Assembly (NCBI GenBank): GCA_013239625.1
Contig: MU053304.1
Coordinates: forward strand, 2,480,001-2,544,000
Reading direction: 5' to 3'
Source of the DNA: Lama guanicoe
Taxonomy: Eukaryota
DNA: 64,000 nt
How positions within the stretch are numbered: position 1 is the stretch's first letter; each line of letters opens with the position of its first letter. Below, in pieces: positions 38,230 through 50,364 of this stretch. The position numbers and the translations under genes are program-made. The notes under the pieces were generated by a model that did no database searches, was not told the origin of the DNA, and was given only the letters and a program-made list of their open reading frames with translations.

Positions 38230-38677
38230 TGTGTTGATTATTATGCCATGCAGCCTGGAGAATTAGGAAAGCTGCCTGTGTCAGTCAGTCCAAGTCCAGA
38301 CTGACGGTGTATAACTCCCAGTCTGAGAACAAAGGCCTAGAAACCGGAGGCGGGGTGGCGGGAACACTGGTGTAAATCCCATAGTCCAAAGGCCTGAGAG
38401 CAAGGAACTCACGCCAAGGGCAGGAGAAGATGGATGTCTCAGCTCAAGAAGAGAAAGCAGGAGTTTCACCTTTCTCCACCTTTTTCTTCTTTTCGGGGCC
38501 TCAGCGGATTGGGTGATGCCCACCTGCGTTGGTGAAGGCGATCTTCTTCACTCAGTTAATGACTCACATGCTAATCCTTCCCAGAAACACCCTCATGGAT
38601 ACACCCAGAAATAATTTTACCAGCCATCTGGGCACCCATTTGCCCAGTCAAGTTAACACACGAAATTAACCCTCACA
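38230..38677 (-). mobile_element. MLT2 (ERVL) LTR
   Basis: gcaggagaagatggatgtctcagctcaag...ggattgggtgatgcccacc...tgctaatccttcccagaaacaccctca...cccagtcaagttaacacacgaaattaaccctcaca. Confidence 0.88.
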
Positions 38678-39636
38678 CTGGGCATTTGAACCCTCATTCC
38701 CTTAAAACTGTCAGATCCCTAACAGCAAATAGGAGACACAAATTTCTCACTAAAGCTAATGAGACGTAAGATGCACCGCCTCTCACCTCTCACCGCACAA
38801 GGAACCTTCCAAGGCCCTGGACAGAACTACAGCAAAGTATTCATACGCTTTTTCACAAGTTATAAATGTCAGATATTTACTTCTGATTGGTCAAGACCGC
38901 GGCCTGTTTTCACTTTAACTTACCCTCTTTCGTACTCCCCCTACTGGTTAGAAGTATTGGCCTGGCCAAGGAATTTTGGGGTCTAGTTAAGAGCAAATCA
39001 AGTTGGGGTACCTATAGTTTGAATTTGGCTCTGTGTGGTTAGTATGGTTCTCAGTCATTTCTGGGGTGGAGTCAAGTTATTGTCAGCTAGTCCAAGTGCA
39101 GAACTGGCTTCCAGGAATTTTTTTTACCACCTGCTGTGCCAAATTACCAAGCTTCAGGCTTTGAACATGCCCGACCAGAGGTTGGATCTCAATATGGATG
39201 TCAATCATGTACCTGGCACTATAAAAATGTAAAAGGAAAGGAAAGGAAACAAAACTTAGAGTTCACAGAGCCTGGAGTTAATCTGCATAAAATCCTTCCA
39301 GTCATTAGACATGCAAAATTTTAAGTGAAGGATTTGTTTTTCATGGATAACCTGGTCAAAACAGAAGTTCTTTTGTGTCAAAAATTTTCAATAATGCAGT
39401 GTGTTTTATTTTAAATATATATATATATATGCATTCATACACACTGAATTAACATGAAATCATCTGTAACAGTTCAATATGAGAGAAACTTGATAGAAAT
39501 TTCTCTCAAATTCAACAATAATATTATGCATTTTCATCATGTTATCAATATTAAGTTGCCAAGCTAAAAAGCATGTTTCCTAAATTCTCTATCATAAAAA
39601 ACAAATTTTGATCAATCATACTAGATAAACAGATTA

Positions 39637-40057
39637 CCTAGGGCTGCCAAAACAAAGTACCACAAACTGAGTGACTTAAAACCATAGCAATCTATTGTTT
39701 TCCATTTCTGGAGAAGTTCCAAAGTCCAAAATCAGGTGTTGGCAGGGCCGTGCTCCCTCTGAAGCCTCTGGGGCAAGATCCTTCCTTAATTCCTCCAGTA
39801 TATGGTAGCCCCAAGTGTTTCTTGGCTTATAACAGCATCACTCCAATCTCTGCCTCCAGCCTCACATGGTCTCCTTGGGTTTCCGTGTCTTCACATGGAC
39901 TCCTGTCAGATTGGATTAGGGGTCCACCCTATTCCAGCATCACCTCATCTTCATTTAACCAATTACATCCTATGTCCAACTCAGATCACATTTTGAGCTA
40001 CTGGGTGTTAACGCTTCAATGTATTGTTTTTTGAGGGGGGCACATTGAATTCATGAA
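39637..40057 (-). mobile_element. MLT1C-type MaLR LTR nested in the hAT element
   Basis: cctagggctgccaaaacaaagtaccacaaactgagtgacttaaaa...aagtccaaaatcaggtgttggcagggccgtgctccctctgaag...gaggggggcacattgaattcatga. Confidence 0.85.
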
Positions 40058-40400
40058 ACTAGCGATAAAATGAATTTATCTCTTAATTCTCTCTATAGAG
40101 ACTATGTTCCTAAATTGTTGTCTTATAAATAAGTGATCAAAGGTATTCAGTCAAAAATATTGCCCCTCCAAAAAAAAAAAAAAAGGTAACAGAGATATGA
40201 CAGGCTTTTAATTTAGAAAAAAAGTTTCAAAAACTCTTTTGTGATTTCTACGTTAAAGACTTACTATGTTTGAAATTTGTTGTGATTTCTTTTCTTATTC
40301 TAACAAAATCACTTTTATATCTAATTTTTGTTCTTAACTATATATCCTGTTTTCTTATAGAAATCCTACATATCTGGAAATTATAAAAGATTCAGGTCCA

Positions 40401-40545
40401 ATATGTTATAGTAACCTAGAATGAAAAAGAATATGAAAATGAATATATGTATGTATATGAATGACTGAGCTGTTATGATGTACACCAGAAATTGACACAG
40501 CATTGTGAACTGACTATACTTCAAAATAAAACAGAACAAGCAAAC
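40401..40545 (+). mobile_element. Short L1 3' tail with 16-bp TSD (1 mismatch)
   Basis: gtaacctagaatgaaaaagaatatgaaaatgaatatatg...tacaccagaaattgacacagcattgtgaactgactatacttcaa; TSD aaaagattcaggtcca (40385-40400) / aaaaaattcaggtcca (40546-40561). Confidence 0.9.
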
Positions 40546-40829
40546 AAAAAATTCAGGTCCAGCAAAACTCGGATCTACCTCTAGGGGTCAGTACTTGTTC
40601 CTGCTTGCTTGGGCGGATTCCAGATGATCATGCTAGCATCATTCTGACACTGGGGGCGTAAGGTGCTGGTTCCTACCTGCCTCTGCTCACGGATCTGCCA
40701 TGGCTGGCTTCTATCTCTCTATGGTGGGAAGCTGTTGTCCTTCCAAACGCTCACAGAGCTATGTTATCTATCTTTCTCCCCATGCGTATTACCTTCTTCT
40801 ACTTCTTGACTTCTTCTCCCACATCTGCC

Positions 40830-41270
40830 CCTCTTCCCCCACCTTCTCTCTGCTTCTACATATTTACTATTCAGGCAGTCTAGCCATCACGTCCCCAGAC
40901 CCCACCCTGGCCATGCCCTTGCCTGGACTGCTCTTTCCCTGTTATGTGAGAGGCTATTGCTTGACTCCCCTTAGTTTTGTGTTCAAGTGTCTACTCATCC
41001 AAGGGTGACAGTTGAGCAACCCCATGACTGACCCCTGTACCAGCGCTCCTTGGCCCCGCACAGCTGCTTATTAGCCACAGCACATCTCACGTCTGACGTA
41101 CCAGGCATTATCGGGTTTTACCAGTGCACACATTTCACACGTAGGCTCGTGTAACTGGAGACTGTCTCTCTCCCACTACTGTACGCCCTGGAGGCAGGTC
41201 TGCTTGGATCGCAGTGCCCAGAACAGTGCCAGGCGCATATTAGGGGATCGATAAGTATGATGACTGAATC
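40830..41270 (+). mobile_element. L2 3' fragment
   Basis: cccttgcctggactgctcttt...gttcaagtgtc...ctcccactactgtacgccctggaggcagg...cagtgcccagaacagtgccaggcgcata. Confidence 0.65.
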
Positions 41271-41460
41271 ACAGATTTTGATGTTGTTATTAAGATTAAA
41301 CCAGAAATAGGAGCCTTAACTTAGGTGTTAGGTTCTAAAATAAAAAATGAGTTAAATTGAATTGAGAGGTGATCTATATGCCGTGATCTCATTTGGCTGC
41401 AAATAGGCTGCCCCCCGGGTTTGCTCCTGTTTTTCTTTCTAGTAGTTTTCAGTAACATTC

Positions 41461-41504
41461 ATTATTATTATTATTATTATTACTATTACTATTACTATTA
41501 TTAC
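41461..41504. repeat. (ATT)n/(ACT)n compound microsatellite
   Basis: Direct reading. Confidence 0.9.
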
Positions 41505-43339
41505 TGTCATCAGTTTGTGTGTACGTGTGAGTTATGCCTGAAGAGATTCTGGAGCGGAAGATGGTCCTGGTTTTTCCTGGGACGCAGGAGTTAATTACCA
41601 GAATGAATGATTGTTCAGATTTGACCCCGGACTCTCACGGAGAGCAGGATTACAGCCCCCACATGCTGCTCGCGCTCCCCCGGAGATCTGCTGTCCAGGA
41701 TTTGTGGCCGAGCTGCTCCAGCAGACGCAGTTGTGTGAAACAGCAGACTTCTCTAGGTGTGGCCCCTTGTTATTGTCCTACTGGCTTGAGTCAGCATTAA
41801 TTGCTTGGAAAATGAAGGTTCCAATGGAAGAGACACCTGCTGGGTTTCTAATGCTCCTTTTGGTACCAATTCAAGCTGCTTTTATCCAGGTTTCCAGAGA
41901 CTAGTTAGGCTTCAATGCACGGTCAGTTTTCACCATCATTCATCATGCCAGGAAGGAGACTCGGTGTCTATTTTGGCAAACACTTTTCATCCTGGTGGGA
42001 AGTCGTCCATCTTCTAAAGACTATGGCATAAAACTGAAATAAAAATTTTTGTAGGGAGAACACCCAATCTCATGATTATCCCAACTTCGCTTTTCTGTTA
42101 AGATGGCTTTGTATCAGAAGCATGGATCTTTAATGCCTGTGAAATGAAATTAGGTTTTGCTTTTATTCTGTTCACTGTCATCAAGTTACTTAATCTCCAC
42201 TTCTTGTGCTGGCCCAATTAGGGTGTCAGGCTGTCAGTAGTCTGTGTACTTATTTTGGCCCCTTCAACTCCAGTTCTAAATATTAATTGCCTTTCTAGTG
42301 TATTATTTTTCAGTGAATCAAACTGAGATAGGAGCACGAAAGGTTGGAAGTGCACTCTAACTGGTGGTGCTTTTAAAAAAGGGGTCTGCTAATGTGGAGG
42401 GTGGGTTCAGCCCAGATGTTAGCAGCACACAGTTATCAGAGAGATTGTAAAGGAAGGACTGGATCAATCCTAGAGATACAGATAAGGCATTTTGTTTGTT
42501 TGGATTTGTGTTTATTTTGAGTATGTTCTAAAATATTCAAAAGAAAAGTGTTTATCCCTTTTAAGAATGAGCTGTCCCGGAGCAGAAAATTAAAAGCAAT
42601 AAAAACATCTTCTAGGACTTGCTAAAATGTTTTTAAAAATTCTGTCCTTTCCCATGTGGAACCACTGTATTCCAGGCTGAGCTGAGCAGTTGGGAAGTAA
42701 GCGACATGCCCGAAGACAACCATCCTGACTCAGGGGCAGGAAGCGGTTACTAGATTTGTTAAGGTCCAAATCTCATGCAGCATGAAGTTTGTTTTTCAAT
42801 TTTTTTTTCTTTTCTCTTTTCAGTGTGGAAAAAGAAAAGAAAAAGAAACAACAGAAGCACAGTGATTACAAGAGACAAACAAATGCTTTAAACACTTCCG
42901 AGAATTATCGATCTATTCTCTGCTAGGAAAAATTGTCCAACAAATTTAGAAAGAACAAACAAGCATCTGGGAAAATCATGAACAACCATCAGTGTAACCA
43001 CTAAAGAAAAGGCAAGAGCTGCCAACTCAGGTCCAGGAGATCTGAGATGGATTAAGTGTGTCTTTCTAGCAGGGAGGGGCTAAGCATTGTTGGAAAGGGG
43101 GTGGGGGTGGACGAGGAGAACCTTCAAGATGCCTCAACAGCCAATGCTGTCTTGGGCACTTCAGTTTTAGGAAAGAATCCAGAAGGAAGAGTCAAGGATT
43201 GGGACATTGATTCATTACAACTACCTGTGCCTGGGCAGACCTTGGAAAGTCACTGCGTAAACTCAGGACACACACCCAGTATATGAACCCTGTGCTAGAA
43301 GGATTAAGTCACCTGCTTGGTCAAAGCCCAGGCAGTTCT

Positions 43340-43540
43340 TTAACTGGGTCTAGGCTCTGATCTAGTCTCTGTCTTATTCTAGATCTGAGATAATGAGGTA
43401 ATTGGCTTTATTCCCCTGACATCAGTGACAAGGAGTGACACCCCCACTCAGGATTGCAGGGAAGCTTAAATGAGATAACTCAAATAGTACATTTAACACA
43501 GCGCTGGGCATAGGTGAGTGTTCAATGAATGGTCATTAGA
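43340..43540 (+). mobile_element. MIR SINE
   Basis: ccactcaggattgcagggaagcttaaatgagataac...catttaacacagcgctgggcataggtgagtgttcaatgaatgg. Confidence 0.7.
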
Positions 43541-43573
43541 ACGAACAACAAACAAAACTATACCTGTGGACAG

Positions 43574-43630
43574 ACACACACACACACACACACACATATG
43601 CACAATATGTGTGTGTGTGTGTGTGTGTGT
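43574..43630. repeat. Perfect 26-bp inverted repeat (AC)11ATAT-gcaca-ATAT(GT)11
   Basis: Arms 43574-43599 and 43605-43630 are exact reverse complements. Confidence 0.95.
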
Positions 43631-44454
43631 ATATTATCAAAAGCATATGTGATGAATCAGAGGCAGTCCGGGTATACATGAGAGTTGACATTCACGCATG
43701 TTTTTAATTCAATGTTCCCAGAAGAGAGACTGCCGTTTTGCAAAATGACACTGATATTCTTTTGATCTGTGCCTATTTCGTAAATCCTCACAGTGACCCC
43801 TAACCCTATGAATGTTTTTTTCAGAATCAGCATCAGCTCTGCCTACAGACCACCAAGAGGAAACAGCACAAATGCGCCCTGTCTCTCATACCAACACGAG
43901 CTCATTCTTTGCAAGTTATTACACAATGTGTAATACCAGCAACGTTTGACAGGAGATGGTTCTCATTCCAAATATTTCAGATAGCCAGTAATGATAATAA
44001 AAACAGAGACTTTAGAAAAAAAATACATTCATATGCCAGGTCCATCTGTGTCAACATAACTGCCTTACTCAGCTGTCTTATTTTAACAGGATAAAATTCT
44101 CTGCAGCACTGAATGAAGGTCGGATGCGCTAGTAAAACAGAGTATCATGACAGAAAGGCATTCTTGTTTTCTTTGTGCCTGCGGCTTCCATGTTGTGTGT
44201 CTGGCTTGGATGCCCCTAACGTCTCCTAAGAACTTCAAGACTTGAGACACTGTTGGAGTATTGTTTTTATCTGTTGCCCAAAGGCATCTTGAGCATAACA
44301 CAAGCGCTGTCAACATCAAACTGAGACCCATCCCAGAGAACCTTGTTCCCACAGGTTGCCCAGGCACTAGATGAAATCACAGCTTTTGGAGTCAGAGGAG
44401 ACCTCAGAGATGCCTGCTTCCAAGCAAGGATATTTTCAACTCCATCTTAAATCC

Positions 44455-45100
44455 TAATCAACAGAGACACTAAGGAGACACGGCAACTAAGTGTAATATG
44501 CTGTCCTGGGTGAGACAAAAGAAGGAAACATAAGCATTTTTGTTTAAACACGGAAAGGAAAGGAGTGACAACTAAGGAAATCTGAAGAAGTATGGGCTTT
44601 GCCTCGGAAGATGCCGGTGAGCCTTGAACAGTGCGGGGGTTGGGGCGCTGACCTCCGCACAGTGAAAAATCCACGTACTATTTCTGCCTCAAAAACAAAG
44701 GAATGATAAGCGACTCACCCAAAGGCAGGAAGCTGAAAGTTTGGATGGAATCAGGACTCAAACCCTAGTTCTTTTAATCCCACATATTGTGATCTAATCG
44801 AACACAGCCTTTTCCACATACTTAGTTGTTTGAAAGATCTGTGAAATGAAAATACAGGTACTGTCTTCATCAGAAAAAAAAAATTCAAGTATGATTGGAT
44901 GTGCACTGTTCAGACCATGTTGTTCAAAGATCAGCCATATATCAATATTGGTTCATTAATTGTGACAGATGTACCGCCTTAATGACAGGTGATAATAAAA
45001 GGGGAAGTTGTGTGTGAAGTATATGGGAACTCGCTATGAGCTGCATGTTTTTTTCTGTAAATCTAAAACTCTCCTAAAATAAAAAGTGTGTTTAAAAAAG
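44455..45100 (+). mobile_element. Old L1MC/MD 3'UTR interrupted by a Tigger2-like element
   Basis: gacactaaggagacacggcaactaagtgtaat...aaggaaatctgaagaagtatgg, resuming at atatcaatattggttcattaattgtgacagatgtacc...ctgtaaatctaaaactctcctaaaataaaaag. Confidence 0.75.
44614..44937. mobile_element. Tigger2/MER8-like TcMar element
   Basis: Left TIR ccggtgagccttgaacagtgcgggggttggggcgctgacc...gaaaaatccacgta; right TIR gtgcactgttcagaccatgttgttcaaagatcagcca followed by TA. Confidence 0.7.
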
Positions 45101-46734
45101 AATCACAGTGGCTTAAACCATTACCCAATTCTGTATTCAGAAAAGGAATGACAAAACTGACCTTTTATTCCAATTGGTTATGGTCACTATGGTGTTACGA
45201 ATGCTTAAAAGAGCAAATGTGTGAATTCCTTTGCAGTCTGTAATCTCCATGCCTGCTGAAACTGTGTCTGGCCAGAATGCAAACAGGATCGGCTATGGGC
45301 TGACCACACCCAGGACTTGGGTCTATTCCCAGAGCCCTGGCATCTGAGGGAAGTGTCTTAACTAGAGATTCTCACACCCTACCTGCTACCGGCCACTGCT
45401 GCCATGACACCCCGTCCAGGGGCCTCAGCTGGTGCTCCCCAGAGCGCAAGGTCCGCAGGGGAGGGAGAAGGCCTCTTTGGGGGAGGGGTGGGAGAAGGTC
45501 ATTTGGATAAGCTGTCCTCTTGGGTGCGGGGTAAACTACAAGGCCTTGGGTAATTCTCCTTGCCTCCACACCACGTTGCTGGAACTTGCATCTCCTCCAT
45601 TGTGAGGAAATCCTAAAACCCTACACTGTAAGGTGTTTGCTCCAGGTGACAACAGAAACTTGGGGATCTTCTAAAAAAGGAAGCAGAGACCAAGAATGAG
45701 GAAGTGGCCTGCCCCCAGTCATAGAGTCAGCCAGTCCCAGAGCCGAGAGCAGAACACAGCGGTCCAGAAAGCTCCAATGCTGGGGACGTTAACAGCCAGA
45801 AGCTCTTGTTTCAAAACAGAAAATGTAAAATGGACAGTTATGGGAAAGTGTAGAATTGTCGGCCAGTTGTCCTGCACCAGATAAACTGATCAGCTACTTT
45901 TGGGGATGCCACGTCGAATCCCATTGGACCATCGGTTAGAAGTTCCTGAAGCTTACAATTATTTCAGGAGAAAATGACAGCTAGTGGCTAATGTTACATT
46001 TTTCAATTTACTCAGCTGCCTGAAGTCCATATAATTTATAAGTCAAATAGGAAATTATAATTGAAATTAGAGACCGTCTTGGGCTAAATGCTGATGAATA
46101 TTTGACATATCACAATGTGTGGATTACAGCTAAAGCAAGGCTTAGAGATACATTTATAGTTTTAAATTCTATTTCAGTGGTGCTGTTTTCCTGAAATATT
46201 TTACAGTGTTATCGCTTAAATTCGGTTTGTCAGTGTCTCTACGCATCAGTCTCACTTCTTGTCTGACATTCACTTCTCAGATTAAATTTCCAAGGAGAAT
46301 ACTCTACTCAGGTAATAATAGTGAACCAGAAGCCTAAGGGTTGGTTGAACAATGAAATACAGGTTAAAATAATATAAGTACTGTTTTTCTTATACAGTGC
46401 TATTTCTGATAGTTTGTATAAGTACATATGAATAATTAAGAAACAATGATCATTGTCTAAAAACACGGAACAAATTTAAGATAACTCAGAATAATGGGAC
46501 AAGGCAATTTATTATTTCACAGTTTTAAGGAAGAGCCTTATGAGATTTTGGCACTGTTCCTCACATTTGGGTTTCCATGGTTGCCCTACAGATGCCAATT
46601 AACTTCTCCTAGGTCTTGTGTCTATCATTTGGATACTGGTTGCAACAGCTTATAAGCATTTGTTTAAAAAGCCACAATAACATTCAACTTATAAACACTG
46701 TTTTCTACAACTTTAAAACATTAAAAATTACCTA

Positions 46735-46870
46735 GGTAGTAAATACTTATTGTAGGAAATTGGGAAATACACACAAGTGGGAAAAAAGCCATTTATAATT
46801 CCATCACACAAAGGTAATCACTTTCAGTAATTTGTTATACATATTCCAGGTTTTATATATATTTATCATA
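46735..46870 (-). mobile_element. Degenerate L1ME 3' fragment
   Basis: aaatacttattgtaggaaattgggaaatacac...ataattccatcacacaaaggtaatcact...catattccagg. Confidence 0.55.
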
Positions 46871-49218
46871 TATTGAGGCAGCAGATTAACTTTTAGTATA
46901 AAATGCTTTAAAATGGCACCTTAGTTAGAATGTGATTTAAAGAAATACCTACATACAAATTGTTATTGTTTCACTAAACCCAAATGTTATCAACTGTGTT
47001 TTCGTGAAGCTTTTCTATTTCAAGCAAAATTTTACATATGAGAGTTCTTAACTGCAAATAGCTAAGCATAAAGTTAATATATTGGAAGTCTATTAGGAAC
47101 TATCGAGATGGAGAGTCAGTCTTGAAAAATGTTCAGGAACCAAAGGTAGCTCAGGCAGGAATTACTGCAAGGCCATGCACACTGGTGTGGATGCCGCAGC
47201 CGTCACCGCCGCATACAGACAGGATTGCAGCCAGGACATCTGTGCTTCCAGCACCACTGCTTCTGCTCCAGTGCTGCTGGATGCTGCCAGGTTGGACCAC
47301 GAAAAGACTCTATTAGAAAGTTATTCGATATTTAAGAGCCAAAGAAATGCAACACCACTTAACAAAGTTATCCATAGTCTTGGAGCTTTCAGACCTTCAC
47401 TGGTGGATGGAAGAATTAGGTAATTCTAAGTTTTAAATTTGGGGACATGGACCATGTCACCTAGGAGAGCAAAAGTCTCAAAGATTTGGACAGAGTGACT
47501 ATGAAAAGGGACTCAGGAAGTATTATGGGGGAAAAGAATTCCTGTGCATATAAAACGCCACATCTCAAGCTCAGCTGAGCTCTCTGGTCAGTAAATAGCC
47601 TAAGTCAGCAGGACTAGTGTGTCTAGCACATAAGGATCTTTTAACCCCAGAAAGATCTAATCCTCTACGGAAACATTTAGGGGAATCAAACTGATAGTAT
47701 TAACCCTTCTGTGTTAAAATGAATTCTGTGCAATTTAGCATGTTAAATATTTGTATCAAAGACAATTGCTATGATAGAGTAACTCAAATTAAAACGTGTT
47801 TAATTGCATAATTTACTTGGTTGAAATTTTAAGTTGAAATTTACTATGATACTAGAGCATGCATGTTAATGTAAGAGTTGCCATCTTGAGAAAGAATTAT
47901 TCCAGTCCTGGGATGAGGGAGAACTTTGTGCTGTGAGGTGATCATTAGCCCCTTCTGGGAGATAATTAACATACATGATGAAATTCTTGAACAGTTTTCT
48001 GATAGGCATTAATTAGCTTAAGAATCTCTTCTAGGAACACCCCAGATCACTTTAACCTGGTGAAATGCCTCAGGACCTGAATCACTGTTTATCCAGTCTT
48101 ATAGTTTCCTTAAAAAGAATTTAAAAAAAATTCAGTCTAAAATGATTCTCTAATCATTTCTTCCTACTAGGAAATGCCTCTACTAAGGTGAAATGTTTGA
48201 ATTTCTTAGAAAGCCTTTTCCCTTGCAGCAAAACTTAGACCCAGGCTCTGAATCAATTTATCTGAGAAGTTACTTTAATAATATTTATGTGCGAATCATG
48301 TAAAATTTACTGCACATTTGAGATTTTTCGGTCAGTCAGGAAAAAAGTACCTAAAAAGAAAACCAGCAAAGCTAAATTTATAAATTTAGTTAAAATTGTT
48401 TGAAGGAGCATGATGAATCAAATTTATAAGTAAGACCAAAGAGTTGCCACAGGCTGCCTCAGAAACTGTTAGCCAAAAATGTGTTGATTAATAAATAAAA
48501 TAATAAGAACTATAATTTGAATTTAAAGTTTAAGGATGAATTAAGGTTTGGGGTTTGAATTTTTAATAATCAATTATTAATTCTTTTTAAAAAGGTTGTC
48601 TTTTGAACAATCTTTCCTGCACACAAAGGGCTTCCTTCAAAGGCATTGAAAATGCTCAGAGTGATTCCACCAAAACTTGCTCGATGAGAGACTCCAAAAA
48701 CGTAGGGAAGGAGCTTGGACACCGAGAAGCCAAAATGATAACTAATGATGTGATGAGAGCTTGCTGCTGCTGCTGCTTCTTTTTCTTTTTTTTTTCCATT
48801 AAGGATGCTGCCATGACTCTCTTAAAATGCTTTTATTCATTCCTTCAGACTTTTTCAACCATTTCCCTAAATGGAATCATGAAGTAAATCCTTTCTTAAA
48901 ATTGGAACTTAAATCTCTCCTTTTCAAGCAAGGTCCTCCAAGGAGAAATTCACATAGGCAACCTTCTGGCTCAGCCCCATGGGCTTTTGTTTTGCTTTCC
49001 TGGTTTTAGTTCTTATAGTCACTCTTTCCCACACGTACGGAGTAGAAATACATGTTTGAAAATGCATGTGCAGAATGTATTGTGTCTTCAGTTTGAACGT
49101 GTGATAGAATGAAACTGTAAATCCCATGAAAACATTTTTTGGTTTTTTTGTTTTTTATCTCCTCACCATGATGTTCCTAGATTAGACATTGTAGTCACCT
49201 GATAAATACTTGAGGACT

Positions 49219-49392
49219 TCAATATATTGTAATAACCTATAATAGAAAAGAATCTGAAAGAGAATATATATGTGTATGAAAACTGAATCACTTGTTATAC
49301 ACCTGAAACACTGTACATCAACTATACTTCAATAAGAAATAGAACTGCCAAAAAAAAGAAATCAACTCCCAAAAAGCAAAAACAAAAACAAA
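49219..49392 (+). mobile_element. Short L1 3' tail with degraded TSD
   Basis: tgtaataacctataatagaaaagaatctgaaagagaatatata...ctgaatcact...tacacctgaaacactgtacatcaactatacttcaataa plus A-rich tail; flanks aaatacttgaggact / aaatattgagtgact. Confidence 0.85.
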
Positions 49393-50364
49393 AAATATTG
49401 AGTGACTGAATGACAGAGTAAATTTTTAAAAGACTCCTTAATGACTTCCATCTTCCTTCTTGCTCTACCTTATTTTCATTCTCACCTGATTCAGTACCCC
49501 ATTTCCCTGCCTGCAGCACACCTTCGAGATAATAATACCTACATTCGCCACTGGGATATTTACTGGCCTGCAGAGTTGGATCGTATCCTCAAGTTCCACG
49601 GGCAAAGCTGACCTCAGATAGGCATCAGGACAAAGCTGGAGAGGTTTCAAGCCAGGCTGAGCCCCTGAGTCAGAGGACCAGGTTTGACGTTTAGAGAGAC
49701 AGAGATGTAGGAGGGAGCAGTCTTCCAGGTTAGGAGAAAGAATCTGCAGTTTGGAGTCTGCAGACTCAAGAATGCAGAAGGCTTTGGTTTGGGTTTACCC
49801 CAGCCCATGAGAAATGGGCAGGGCAAGGGATTGATTGAGATTCCTGAAATCTGGAGTAAGTAAATTGTACATCCACACAAATGCGTCACTGATGGACAAC
49901 GGTTTACGCTGGGTGCACACAGCCTTCCTCCTACACTGGTAGTGAACAAGCATCTTGCCTGCTGGACAGTTCCTGGAGAGCAGGTGTGGATGAACTCTGT
50001 GGGGAAGGCAGCCCCCTCTGTAGTTCAGTTCCCTCCTGGATCTCACAGGATTCCCTCGCTCAATAACAAGAACAAAGAAAAGAAGATGAAGCCGATTTCA
50101 ATGAATATTGTAATGTGCTTTGAAACCACATAGCAGGGGGTGAGGTGGTGAAGGAATCAAAGAATGCACTACAGAGGTTACAAAGGCCAAGTCAGTACAA
50201 TGCAAAAGGGCAAATTTCAGCTTTTGAAATGAATAACCATCTTGACTTTTCATTAGTTAACATGGAGGTGGAGCTACATTCACAACTTTTTTATTATTAA
50301 TTTTCTGGAAAGCAGTAAAGTAGAGCCACCCACTATAATTCTGTCTGACACATACGTGGTTAGT

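Larger units (their letters stand above)
38733..40582 (+). mobile_element. Zaphod/MER115-like hAT-Tip100 element, internally deleted, both ends present
   Basis: 5' end: ctaaagctaatgag...ccttccaaggccctgg...ggcttccaggaat. Transposase C-terminal remnant at ~39480-39635 and ~40060-40160. 3' end: tttgttgtgatttcttttcttattct...ttcaggtccagcaaaactcggatctacctct. Confidence 0.75.

Noticed and set aside
42790..42850. Strong polypyrimidine tract plus AG, followed by a complementary purine tract
   Set aside because: All three downstream frames stop within ~100 nt and there is no clear donor; the imperfect hairpin is low-complexity.
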